DNA of 64,000 nt from a virus, in IMG/VR virus record IMGVR_UViG_3300021476_000423, positions 32,001 through 96,000 of that record, one strand, 5' to 3'. Positions within the stretch are counted from its first letter, which is position 1, and every line of letters starts with the position of its first letter. The translations under genes and the position numbers were made by a program. Below the pieces are notes generated by a model. The model was given only the letters and a program-made list of their open reading frames with translations. It made no database searches and was not told the origin of the DNA. Shown here in pieces: positions 29,413-38,825 of the stretch.

Positions 29413-32400
29413 CTATGGAGCAACGAATGGGAAATGCGTTCCATAAACCCTTCTTTGGGTTGGATTGTAATTGATGGCTGTATTGGGATTGTTGGTTTGG
29501 GCATTCTGAATGGATTGTGTATGAGTAGGGTCAGACTGATATGAATAATTAATGTAGGCCGTGTAAGTTACATTTGAAGGATTAGTCGTAGTTTTTTCAG
29601 GAGGGTGATGCGTATTATCGGGCACTACTGTTCCATCATCTATGACTTCTGTTGCGGTAACTCCTGAAGCGAGCAAATCGAAAGTATTTCTCTGTCCTTC
29701 ATCCAAATTTCCCAAGCCACCCCAAGTAGATTGGGTGCTTCTGTAGACGTTGTAACTTTGTGCATAGGGAATAATCGGCCATCGGATTTCAACCTGCTGT
29801 GGAGCGAGAGGTTCGGGAGTTGTATTGGCATCGGGTTGACCCGTTACTCCTGCATTATTGCCAGTGAATATCGTTCCTGCTTGAGAGCCATCTGATTCAT
29901 TGCCTTCAGGATTGAGTGCCGTCACAATATACCAGTATTGTTCTCCTGCAACAAGATTAGCCCCTAATGCCGCAGAACCAGTGTAAACCACATTGAGACC
30001 ATTTACTTCTGTTAGATTTGAAGTATCAAATGGTTGAGTATCAGCAGTGAATGGAAGTGCTGTAACAAGAGTGTAAGTAACAACACCGCCAAGAATAGAC
30101 CAACTTGCTCCTGCACCACCACCTGCTACCGAATTGCCATTCCATGTCATATCAAGAATGCTGGCGTAGGTATCTCCCGGCCCTTCATTGGCAACATAAG
30201 CATTGTAAGAGACTGCGCCCGGAACAACAGCAAACTTACCGTGAACCGGAAAACCAATGGTTGCGCCCTTTGCTGGATTAGAGCGTCCTGTCATCGCAAA
30301 CTCATAGCCAGCCGCATCGACAGCCGTAAAGATAAAGAAAGTGGATACATTGAATGGGACTCCTGACCCACCATCAGCAACAGGAGAAGGAAGAGTGCTC
30401 ATCAGAGGGTCGGGACACCAAGCATTTGCGGCTGTATTGCGAAGAATTATCTCATACTTCCCTGATAAACCATCAAGTAATTGTGCCGAAGCACCCGTAT
30501 AGAGGGGCGAAGCGTGAGATTTGGACAGGAGAGAGAGGATGTTGGCTAATTGATTAGCACCAAGAATACTATCGTAAATGGTCAAACCGTCTGGTTGGAG
30601 GACTGTGAGCCATACGTCATTCTGAGCAGTGCCACCCAAAGCCGAATCAACTTCCACTCCAAACTGATAGATGAGAACATCATCGGCCTTCACACTGAGC
30701 AATTTATTCATACTATTGTAAATTGAGATGTTTGCATTGTTTGGAATTTCTTGTGCCCATATCGGGATGTCAGTATGTTGAAAGTCGGGGTTGACATTAT
30801 CCATACTTCCTGTGTCATTTACCGAAATGGTGAGAGGACTGTTCCTGTTAGTAATGAAATCTCCGCCACCCTGATGGACTGATGCGCCCGTCTGCTGTTG
30901 ATTCTTTCCTATCACCGATTTGTCAGAAGGAGCCACTGACGTATACATAGATTGCATGGCTCCGGCATTGCTACCCTTCTGTGAGGTAGGGTCGTAATTG
31001 TTTGCCCAAGTTGTTCCAAGTGGAACATTGAGAACAGGGAAGGTTAATATGATAGAAATGTCTTCGCCATTGTCGGCATCCCATTTGATGTTGATAGTCT
31101 TGACTCTAGCAGTGAATCCAACCGAAATGAGAGCACCCGTCGATGAGTCGTAACTGCCGCCAAGTAGATTACCATTGCTATCTTCCATTACTCCTTGAAG
31201 ACTTGGAGCATTGATAAGGATGTAATCGCCGGGATAGAGAACGTGAGAACTAGCATAGGTATAGTCGGGTTTCAACTCAATGTTAGGAATGGGGTGCTGG
31301 AAGAAGCCGATGCTCGTCCCAACATATCTCTGAATCTCACCGGGGTCTACCACATTGGCTAGGGTTTGATTAGTCTGCTTCAGTCCATATTCGGCAATGC
31401 TTCTCTGATTCTCGATTGGTGTGGCCACAACATCTGACCCTTGGAAACTACCACCAGTAAGCACCCAACTGTTGTTCATCGAAACATAGTCATAGGTGGG
31501 TTTGATTGAAACAATGTTATCTCCTTCAGAATAGACTATCGTATCGACTGGTAAATAACCATTGGTAACACCAAATTCAACATAATCCATCGGATACAAA
31601 AGATTGGCAGGTAGAGTTCCGGCGGGGTCTAATGAGTTGTCTCCCAAGTGGATTCCTGACCTGTTCTGACCATTTCCCAATTTGCTATGGATAGGGTCGA
31701 AAAGCATCACTGTAAGAGTAGGTAAGGTCTTCGGATAGAGGCCCGCAGGTGAAGAGGTCAACTCAACAATCTCTCCTGCGTAGTGTGTATTGGCTGAATT
31801 TGGAGCAACTGTAATAGTGAGAGTGTTAGGAAACACTCCTGTAATCGTAAAGGTTTCTTGCGTTCCAAGACCCGCACCAATGTAAATCATCTGACCATCA
31901 GCAAATCCATCAGTTGAGGTAACATGGAAAGTGCTTGACCCCGGCCCCGCAGTTGCCGTTAGGGTGGTAGCCACAAAACCGGGGATTGGGAAATCGCCGA
32001 TGTCCATTCTGTATTCGGCAAGAAAAGGTGCTCCACCCTGCCCATTGAAGAGAGCCGAAGTCACCAATCTATCGATTACTGCCGATATGTTTTGATACTG
32101 AACATTCATATTGTCGTTAACTACCACTTGGTCAAAATCAGTGAAAGTGGAGAAGTTTGAAACATTGGCGTTGGCTGTGCCATAAGGTGTGACATTGGCC
32201 AATCTCAAAGGCGGCAAGTGTCCAGTCGAATAGGACTCTTGGAAGGCATTTGAGAGAATGAGTGTCCAAATCTCTCCAAACCGAAGATTGAGATTGGGAT
32301 TCAGGTAGACCAGATAGGGATTGGTGTTGGGCTGAAGTGGCGGAGGTGACTTGCCAGCAATCTGAAAGAGCCGAGTTTGAAGCATATAGAAAAGGCTGTT

Positions 32401-32733
32401 GATGTCAACCATCGTGAGCAAACCACCATCTGCCTCAACCTGATAGGTGGGATTTGTGGTCATACCTCTGGCTTTGAGTGTGAGACTACCATCAGAGTTC
32501 ACTCTGTAAAAATAAACCTCTCTGGCGGCAGGAATCCTCAGAATTCCTGCAATCGTCAAAGTTGCACTATCGTCAGAAGGAGCGATGTTTCGAGAGAATG
32601 AAATGTTCTTCAGAGATGCCTGTTGTGGATTGTTCATGCTATCCTTGTAAAGAAAGAAAGAACCTGTAGGAAGGGAAGAATAGGCAGAGATAATCGAGTC
32701 GAAAGTGACCAAATAGTTGATGTTAGTGCTCAT
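29413..32733 (-). CDS. Large tail-tip/baseplate hub protein with FnIII-like domains
   Basis: Directly after the tape measure; SIAEYGLK hub-like motif; YWYIVTALNPEGNES and SYNVYRS FnIII-like segments. Confidence 0.65.
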   Translation of the reverse strand: MSTNINYLVTFDSIISAYSSLPTGSFFLYKDSMNNPQQASLKNISFSRNIAPSDDSATLTIAGILRIPAAREVYFYRVNSDGSLTLKARGMTTNPTYQVEADGGLLTMVDINSLFYMLQTRLFQIAGKSPPPLQPNTNPYLVYLNPNLNLRFGEIWTLILSNAFQESYSTGHLPPLRLANVTPYGTANANVSNFSTFTDFDQVVVNDNMNVQYQNISAVIDRLVTSALFNGQGGAPFLAEYRMDIGDFPIPGFVATTLTATAGPGSSTFHVTSTDGFADGQMIYIGAGLGTQETFTITGVFPNTLTITVAPNSANTHYAGEIVELTSSPAGLYPKTLPTLTVMLFDPIHSKLGNGQNRSGIHLGDNSLDPAGTLPANLLYPMDYVEFGVTNGYLPVDTIVYSEGDNIVSIKPTYDYVSMNNSWVLTGGSFQGSDVVATPIENQRSIAEYGLKQTNQTLANVVDPGEIQRYVGTSIGFFQHPIPNIELKPDYTYASSHVLYPGDYILINAPSLQGVMEDSNGNLLGGSYDSSTGALISVGFTARVKTINIKWDADNGEDISIILTFPVLNVPLGTTWANNYDPTSQKGSNAGAMQSMYTSVAPSDKSVIGKNQQQTGASVHQGGGDFITNRNSPLTISVNDTGSMDNVNPDFQHTDIPIWAQEIPNNANISIYNSMNKLLSVKADDVLIYQFGVEVDSALGGTAQNDVWLTVLQPDGLTIYDSILGANQLANILSLLSKSHASPLYTGASAQLLDGLSGKYEIILRNTAANAWCPDPLMSTLPSPVADGGSGVPFNVSTFFIFTAVDAAGYEFAMTGRSNPAKGATIGFPVHGKFAVVPGAVSYNAYVANEGPGDTYASILDMTWNGNSVAGGGAGASWSILGGVVTYTLVTALPFTADTQPFDTSNLTEVNGLNVVYTGSAALGANLVAGEQYWYIVTALNPEGNESDGSQAGTIFTGNNAGVTGQPDANTTPEPLAPQQVEIRWPIIPYAQSYNVYRSTQSTWGGLGNLDEGQRNTFDLLASGVTATEVIDDGTVVPDNTHHPPEKTTTNPSNVTYTAYINYSYQSDPTHTQSIQNAQTNNPNTAINYNPTQRRVYGTHFPFVAP

Positions 32734-33626
32734 TAACCGTAAACACCTCTTGACTTCTGAGCCTGATAGAAGGTCTTAGCCAAGGCATTTTGGACTTCTT
32801 GTCTCACCTTTGCCAAATCCACATCGCTTGTCGCATGAATGTGAATCTCAACCTTTGGAGCCGACCCTGCACCACCCATCATATTGTTGCCAGTTGCCGG
32901 AATGACGGTCTCACCCTGATGGACAATAGCCAATCCTGATTTGGCAACATATCCTCCCGCTTGATACCCTTTTGTGGTGGCCATCTGATAGGCAGTGATA
33001 CCAAGAGTGGCAATTAGGCCCACTATAGGAATGGCCGCAAGTGCGGCTTTGGCCGCAGATTCTTCTGCGGAGATAGCCAAGGCTTGGATAGCAATTACCA
33101 AAACTACCATCGCTTGCTCAAGTTGCGTAAATGAGGTGGCCATCGTTGCCAAATTCTTGGCAGTTGCCGTAGTGTAATCGAATTGGGCCACCAATTCGTT
33201 CTTCTTGGATTGAGTGTAAAGAGCACTTGTGTAGTTCAATGCCACAGTTGTTCGTTGAGCCTCAAGAGAATTCTTTCCATAGACCTGAGTAGCGACAGCA
33301 TTTAAAGCGATGGCTTGGGTCATTCTATTCTGTGACGAAATGACGTTGATTTGGGCTTGATAGAGTGATACCAATTCATCCACGTTGTTGGCCGCAAGGT
33401 CAGCAGATGCGGCATAGGCTTTCTGAAGATTACTAATGACATTCTGAAAAGCAGTAGCGGCGGCAGAAACCGCTTGGAAACTTCCGGGCAGTTTGGAAGC
33501 GGCATCTATGAAATCAGTGACAGAGATTGCACCTGCTTCAAGTGCCAATTTCAAGTCTGCGAATCCTTGGGCTAACTTGACAATCTCTGCACTACTGAGA
33601 ACAGATGGGCCTTCTGTTTGCGCCAT
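32733..33626 (-). CDS. Short tape measure protein
   Basis: Ala-rich helical protein after the tail chaperone; C-terminal YQAGGYV...GLAIVHQGETVIP motif common in tape measures. Confidence 0.7.
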   Translation of the reverse strand: MAQTEGPSVLSSAEIVKLAQGFADLKLALEAGAISVTDFIDAASKLPGSFQAVSAAATAFQNVISNLQKAYAASADLAANNVDELVSLYQAQINVISSQNRMTQAIALNAVATQVYGKNSLEAQRTTVALNYTSALYTQSKKNELVAQFDYTTATAKNLATMATSFTQLEQAMVVLVIAIQALAISAEESAAKAALAAIPIVGLIATLGITAYQMATTKGYQAGGYVAKSGLAIVHQGETVIPATGNNMMGGAGSAPKVEIHIHATSDVDLAKVRQEVQNALAKTFYQAQKSRGVYG

Positions 33627-33640
33627 TACACCTTATATAG

Positions 33641-34182
33641 TCAACCTGCCGCTTTTAAGCCTTGTGTCGCTTCATTGAGTTTCTGCTTTGCCGCCTCAAG
33701 TTTTTTAGCCTCATATTCCACGGCAAAATCATGTGCCAATAGAAGGGCTTTCACTTCTCTGTCAGCCATCTTTAAAGCCTCATCTCTAGGAACGCCTAGA
33801 GTGTCTTGTAGAGTCTTTAGTATCTCATAACGATGATACCTTACGAGAAGGTCTTTGACTTCGTTTACGATGTCTTGGTTTCTGACCGTCGAGACCCCTG
33901 TGATTGCGACCTCTTTAAGAGCGATAAAAAAGCGGGTTCCATCTGATTGAACCTGTTGATTTCGTAGTAGAGATGAAGAACGGTCTCTCTGTCGGCTTGC
34001 TTGACGACATCTATCGACTCAAACTTGGGGTCGGCAACGCCATAAAAAACCATCGCCACTTGCGACTCTGCGGGCGATGTGGCTTTTGCAACTAGGTCAT
34101 CTACAACTGCACCTTCCTCAAAGTTGAACCGTTTGATGGTGTAGGTCTTACCTCTGACTTCAATCTTCTTGGTTTCAGTCAT
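33641..34182 (-). CDS. Tail assembly chaperone (33865..34182) with -1 frameshift extension to 33641
   Basis: Slippery T TTT TTA at 33925-33931; the -1 frame is open for 94 codons up to the tape measure gene. Confidence 0.75.
33925..33931 (-). other. Programmed -1 ribosomal frameshift slippery site T TTT TTA
   Basis: X XXY YYZ heptamer in the tail chaperone; the -1 frame is open to 33641. Confidence 0.75.
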
Positions 34183-34216
34183 CAGACTGAAATAGTCAAA
34201 CCACCTTTATAAATGT

Positions 34217-34507
34217 TCAGGTAGTTCGATGATACTTCTCATCTTCCCTTAGTTGCCTAACTTCCCATGCGGCAGTGCCGGGAGTAGAAGAATCTAGCCA
34301 GCCCGGATATGTCTCACTGTAGGACTTTCCCTCAGAAGGAGTCCATGTTCTCTCTTGAATGAGATAGGCGATTGTGCTTACTGTAGCGATGACAGCAAGG
34401 ATGCCGAAGATGTCGAAGTCAATCAAGGCTCCTATCCACAGAAGCCCCGTTATCCCGTATCCGACGATTCTTCCAATCATGTTTTTCTCACCATCGGCTG
34501 ATAGCAT
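34217..34507 (-). CDS. Small two-TM membrane protein inserted in the tail operon
   Basis: Two hydrophobic helices. Confidence 0.5.
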   Translation of the reverse strand: MLSADGEKNMIGRIVGYGITGLLWIGALIDFDIFGILAVIATVSTIAYLIQERTWTPSEGKSYSETYPGWLDSSTPGTAAWEVRQLREDEKYHRTT

Positions 34508-34549
34508 AGCAAAAGAACCTTATACGTCTTCCTGCCGAAATCCTGAAGT

Positions 34550-35473
34550 TTATGTGTGCACTGAGGCTCCTTGCGCCGTCCAAGGAAGTTCGAGAGCCAC
34601 TAGGTCAGTGATACGAGTATCCAAGTCAATCTTGGGTAGTTTGGCTGAAGTGTAATCCAAATAGAAACTGGTTGGCCCTGACGCATTGGTTCCAAGCAAA
34701 AGACGGATAATCTGGCCCGTCAGACCTGATGGGTCGGTCTCGGTATCGGTGTAAGCGGTCGTGTAAGGAATGTTGCTCTCATTCGGATAATCACTCAATT
34801 GGGCAAACGTGGCGGTCAACGACCCTTCTGCCTTTCTCAGTAGAGTGGGTATCGACCTGATGACATCCGTTCCAAATTGCGGCACTCGCTGAAGATTGTT
34901 GGTGATAGAACCAGTGAAAGTGAGAGTTTGTGGTTGTGGCACTCCACTAGGGATTTGCACACTCTCTTGTGAGAAGAAGAATGGGACATTGCCGGGGTCA
35001 CTAGCATAGGAAACGCCAGCAGGATTGCCAAGCAAAATGTTCTGACACCAATAGGCCACTTCAACTGACATAGCCTGACCTGTCTTTCCCGAAATAGTGA
35101 CTGTGTTGGGCATCGCACCAGTGACCGTCCATAATGCTCCTGTATCATAATCCTTGATGATGAAAGAGTGAGAGACAGCACTGGCCGTGCCAATGTTGTT
35201 GATTACGTCAGTCAGAAGATTGATGTCCTGTGGAAAGTAAGTAACCGTAAAGTCCACATTTCTCTGCCCCTTCAGAATGTAGGCAGGAAAATCGGTGCTA
35301 CCATCCATCCTGTAGACCAGAATGGGATTCTTGTCAATCACACCATGAAACTCCTGCACATCGCCAACCCAATTGTAGGGAACACCAGTAGGAGCCACAC
35401 CATAAATTGTCTCCGGCTTCCAATTGACTGCGGCTCTCCAACCTGAAGCAATCGTGGGGAAAGTTGTCGGCAT
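34550..35473 (-). CDS. Major tail tube protein
   Basis: ETIYGVAP N-terminal motif, beta-rich, ~300 aa, upstream of chaperone and tape measure, own TATA box. Confidence 0.75.
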   Translation of the reverse strand: MPTTFPTIASGWRAAVNWKPETIYGVAPTGVPYNWVGDVQEFHGVIDKNPILVYRMDGSTDFPAYILKGQRNVDFTVTYFPQDINLLTDVINNIGTASAVSHSFIIKDYDTGALWTVTGAMPNTVTISGKTGQAMSVEVAYWCQNILLGNPAGVSYASDPGNVPFFFSQESVQIPSGVPQPQTLTFTGSITNNLQRVPQFGTDVIRSIPTLLRKAEGSLTATFAQLSDYPNESNIPYTTAYTDTETDPSGLTGQIIRLLLGTNASGPTSFYLDYTSAKLPKIDLDTRITDLVALELPWTAQGASVHT

Positions 35474-35508
35474 ACTGAGATAGTAAGGGTTACAGCACTA
35501 TTTAAAGC

Positions 35509-35961
35509 CTACAGCACCAAAGTCATGAGCCATCCATCTTCAACCGGATTTTTGTAGTAACCGGGGATAGAGAGATTGGCCGCATATCCCATCTTGTTAT
35601 ACATGGCAATAGCAGAAACGTTACTCTTCCGAACTTGGAGTCCGGCCATCGGAATGTTCTTGGCTCGCATCGCATAGTGCGCCCGTTTCATCAACTCTTC
35701 TCCGATACCAAGCCCACGATAGTCTTTGTCTACAGCCACCGAAATGATGAGACCAGTCCTGATGTTATTGACAATCTCTATACGGCAGAGCACATAGCCC
35801 ATCACTTGGCCATCTACTTTGGCCACGAAGAACATATCCCCAAACTGATTGAGATGGAGCGTCCAAAATTGGGGCGAATAAGTCTCCGGCATACTTGCTT
35901 CGTTGATTTTCATGCAAACCGCGATGTCGGCTCTTGCGGCTTGGGTAATGAGAAAACTCAT
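35509..35961 (-). CDS. RimI/Ard1-like GNAT N-acetyltransferase
   Basis: MPETYS, ISVAVDKDYRGLGIG, LQVRKSN..AI.MY.KMGY, YY..EDG. Confidence 0.85.
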   Translation of the reverse strand: MSFLITQAARADIAVCMKINEASMPETYSPQFWTLHLNQFGDMFFVAKVDGQVMGYVLCRIEIVNNIRTGLIISVAVDKDYRGLGIGEELMKRAHYAMRAKNIPMAGLQVRKSNVSAIAMYNKMGYAANLSIPGYYKNPVEDGWLMTLVL

Positions 35962-36665
35962 GTTGACAATACCTCTCTGATTTCTTTAGCCTTCTTCTCC
36001 CCTATACGTCTTCCGCTTGCTAACTTAACCTCTGCTATCTTGGTCTCACTTGTGGCGGCAATTCCGTAGATGGTGCTAAATTCTTTGAGAAGAGCCTTGG
36101 CTGTAGCAGGGCCAAAGGCTTCAAGAAAGTATTCTTTCTTTTTGGCCGTATCCCAATCCTTTCGGAAACCGCCCCTTTCGGGAAACTCTTTGTGTTCTTT
36201 CGGCTTGCCCAACTTGGTGTTCTCGTAAGAGAGATAGAGAGCCGTATCCTGCTTATCTACAGTGATGACGAGACCCACCTTGAAGGCTCGGAAGGCCGTC
36301 AAAGCCTCATAGAAGGCTATCTTACGCTCTGGATGCAAATCCATCCACTGCTTCAACGATACCCACTTCTTGACTGACCAATCCCAAAATCCCTGCCCCT
36401 CAAGAATGACGAATGGCTCATAACCATTGGCAATGTTGTCAGAAAGAGTCTTCAGTTGCTCGAAAATGCGGCGGTCGATGACGGATGCGATGAAGTCTCT
36501 GAGTTCCTTTCGTTCATACATCCGATTGACCTCTAAACCATTGACAACGGCATCCGTTCCCAACTCCTCTGGTTTGGCCACTTGCGTATCGGGCGGAAGC
36601 CATTCCTTTAGAGTCTCGAACTCTTGTTTGTTGACTGTAAGCACATTCATGGAATTCGGCAACAA
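35958..36665 (-). CDS. ERCC4/XPF (Hef-like) structure-specific nuclease
   Basis: ERKELRDFIASVIDRRIFEQL nuclease motif, ILEG and C-terminal HhH motifs (GPATAK, IGEKKA). Confidence 0.8.
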   Translation of the reverse strand: MLPNSMNVLTVNKQEFETLKEWLPPDTQVAKPEELGTDAVVNGLEVNRMYERKELRDFIASVIDRRIFEQLKTLSDNIANGYEPFVILEGQGFWDWSVKKWVSLKQWMDLHPERKIAFYEALTAFRAFKVGLVITVDKQDTALYLSYENTKLGKPKEHKEFPERGGFRKDWDTAKKKEYFLEAFGPATAKALLKEFSTIYGIAATSETKIAEVKLASGRRIGEKKAKEIREVLST

Positions 36666-37137
36666 CCTTTATATAGATTGTGGTTCAACCATAAGAAACA
36701 ATGGTTGACAAAATCTATTGCGAAGACTGCCTAGCCTACTTTGAGGATGTGGGTCTACGACAACACCAAAAAGAAGACCGAGCAATGGGTATTCCAAAGA
36801 GGAAGAAATTTTTGCCTCAATCCTTAAATAGCGTTGAGAAGAAGGCTTCGTAGCGATGCCAGACAATAATATCTTCGGTTCAGACGACCATTCATGTTGG
36901 GGTAAAGCAAGAGCCATCCAAAAGAGACTTGGCATAATGCTTGGTCTGGATAGCCACGATGTCATTTCTGAAATGTGCCGATTGTGGGGCACAGCCAATG
37001 CCGATGAGTTCTACGAGAGAATGAATGGCATGAGTGATGCTGAACTTCAAGCGGCTGTAGATGCCGCATGGGATAAAGTCAAGAGACGAAAGAGACTCAT
37101 GAAGCAAGTCATCGAAGTCAATGCGGGGATAGCCTAA

Positions 37138-37827
37138 TTGCCATCGCACAAACCCACTAAAGCCGAACTCGACATCATACTAAGGCTCATGAGAGCCAAC
37201 AGCACAGAAATCATGGAATGGTCGCAAATCTACATGGTTTTTCACTTGATGGAAAATGAAGAAGGCGTAGATACGGAAGCCATGAAATACAACAAAGCCG
37301 CACTTGTTCAGCAATTCAATGAGATACTTCGCAAGAACGTGCCGCCAATCGAGAAGAGAGCCAAAACCTTCCAAGAATTGAAAGAAGGAGACTTCAAAGA
37401 GGCCATCCGAGCAGACCCTCTACTCCATGTCTTCCGTAAGACCGACTACATCTATCATGTAACTCGACCTAGTATCGAAGAGAAAGAACACTCGATTGCT
37501 GACCTGCTCTTTGACTATCCACAGAATGCAGACAATCGGTTCACTCTCATCTGCACTCTTCCCGAATTAAGGGAACAGAATCTAGAGAATTGGGCCATTG
37601 TAGATGCCAATCCTGTCACTGAAGCCGTTGTCGAAGTAGATGAAGCAGGACAACCCAAGAAGAAGGTTCCTCATGGAGTCTATCGTATCTTCTGCTTCCG
37701 ATGTGGCGAATTCTTCCTATACGAATTAAATGAGGGGGGGAATGTGGAGCAGATTGCTTGCGACAAGTGCAATTCTGTCATCATAGAACGAAGAGGCCGA
37801 AAGATGACTACGACATCAACTGAGTGA
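37138..37827 (+). CDS. Hypothetical protein with C-terminal Zn ribbon
   Basis: CFRC...CDKC. Confidence 0.5.
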   Translation: MPSHKPTKAELDIILRLMRANSTEIMEWSQIYMVFHLMENEEGVDTEAMKYNKAALVQQFNEILRKNVPPIEKRAKTFQELKEGDFKEAIRADPLLHVFRKTDYIYHVTRPSIEEKEHSIADLLFDYPQNADNRFTLICTLPELREQNLENWAIVDANPVTEAVVEVDEAGQPKKKVPHGVYRIFCFRCGEFFLYELNEGGNVEQIACDKCNSVIIERRGRKMTTTSTE

Positions 37828-38074
37828 CTATCTTCTCTTCTGTAACGTCTTTCAACTTCGCCAAAGCCATCAAATAGTGTCCAAATTCGTGTTTTATCTT
37901 CTCTTCGGTGGCTTTGTTTGTAATGCCGATATGCCAATCGGGATGGTCTGAGAAGTAGACTCCTACGCCGGGTGCTCTTACTGCCTTTGGCACTAGAATG
38001 ACTTGGATTGGTGGCACACCCCATTCATGTGCCAAGTCATCGACTATCTTCTGAGCCACTTTACGGGATAACAT
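37808..38074 (-). CDS. Small HExxH metallopeptidase-like protein
   Basis: KHEFGH motif; last gene of the Lon operon. Confidence 0.5.
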   Translation of the reverse strand: MLSRKVAQKIVDDLAHEWGVPPIQVILVPKAVRAPGVGVYFSDHPDWHIGITNKATEEKIKHEFGHYLMALAKLKDVTEEKIVTQLMS

Positions 38075-38825
38075 TAGGATAGGTCACTTCAAAAGCCGAG
38101 ACAACGAAATATGGAGTGGTCAGACCATAATCGATAAAATCTCGTGCAAACTGACTCGTTCCTGTAAGGTCTATGTAATGGTATCCTGCTGTCATATTTA
38201 TGGCTATGTAGGGAATGACTGCTCCAACTGTAGTAAGTTGAGCATCATTGTCAAGAGGATGCCAATTGTAAACCAAGTAGACTTTGCTATCTATTGTGAT
38301 GGTAAGATTGACACCTTCCAACATTGAATGACCCGATATTAGAAAGTAAACGGTTCCTGCTTGTGTAAGAGAGAAAGTGTTGAAATATCCGGTGTCTGCC
38401 TCTTGAAAAGGCAGAACTTGGGTTATTGTGGATTCGGTTTGGGCCGTGGCTTGAACGGCTATATTGACTGACCATTCTTGAGCATTATTGAGAGTCATCC
38501 ATTGGAGAGTGTCGGTAGCGGTATAAGGCAAATTGATGATATCATTGAAAGTATTTGGTAGACTTCCATCTCTATGAAGCGGAGTTATGACTCTAGCCAC
38601 TTCGATATTGCCATCCATAACAGAGATGATTCTATCGTAGGCATCGTAAGTGGAGTGTCCACTGATATCTACGAGAGTTCCCTTAGATGTGTTAGGAAGA
38701 ATGGTTACAATATGAGAGTTGCCAGACAGAATAGGGACTGAAGGAGCAATCAATAACATAGCCAAATAGAGTGTCAGCAAAACCAACGGAATTTTGAGTT
38801 TGATAGGTAATTTGGACAATCTCAT
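38061..38825 (-). CDS. Membrane-anchored extracellular beta-rich protein
   Basis: N-terminal TM/signal segment and beta-rich remainder. Confidence 0.55.
   Translation of the reverse strand: MRLSKLPIKLKIPLVLLTLYLAMLLIAPSVPILSGNSHIVTILPNTSKGTLVDISGHSTYDAYDRIISVMDGNIEVARVITPLHRDGSLPNTFNDIINLPYTATDTLQWMTLNNAQEWSVNIAVQATAQTESTITQVLPFQEADTGYFNTFSLTQAGTVYFLISGHSMLEGVNLTITIDSKVYLVYNWHPLDNDAQLTTVGAVIPYIAINMTAGYHYIDLTGTSQFARDFIDYGLTTPYFVVSAFEVTYPNVIP

Noticed and set aside
24616-32733. Diversity-generating retroelement acting on tail proteins
   Set aside because: No reverse transcriptase and no near-identical template/variable repeat pair was observed.
34550-35473. Major capsid protein
   Set aside because: Motifs and position before the chaperone and tape measure indicate a tail tube; no HK97-fold capsid gene was recognised in the window.
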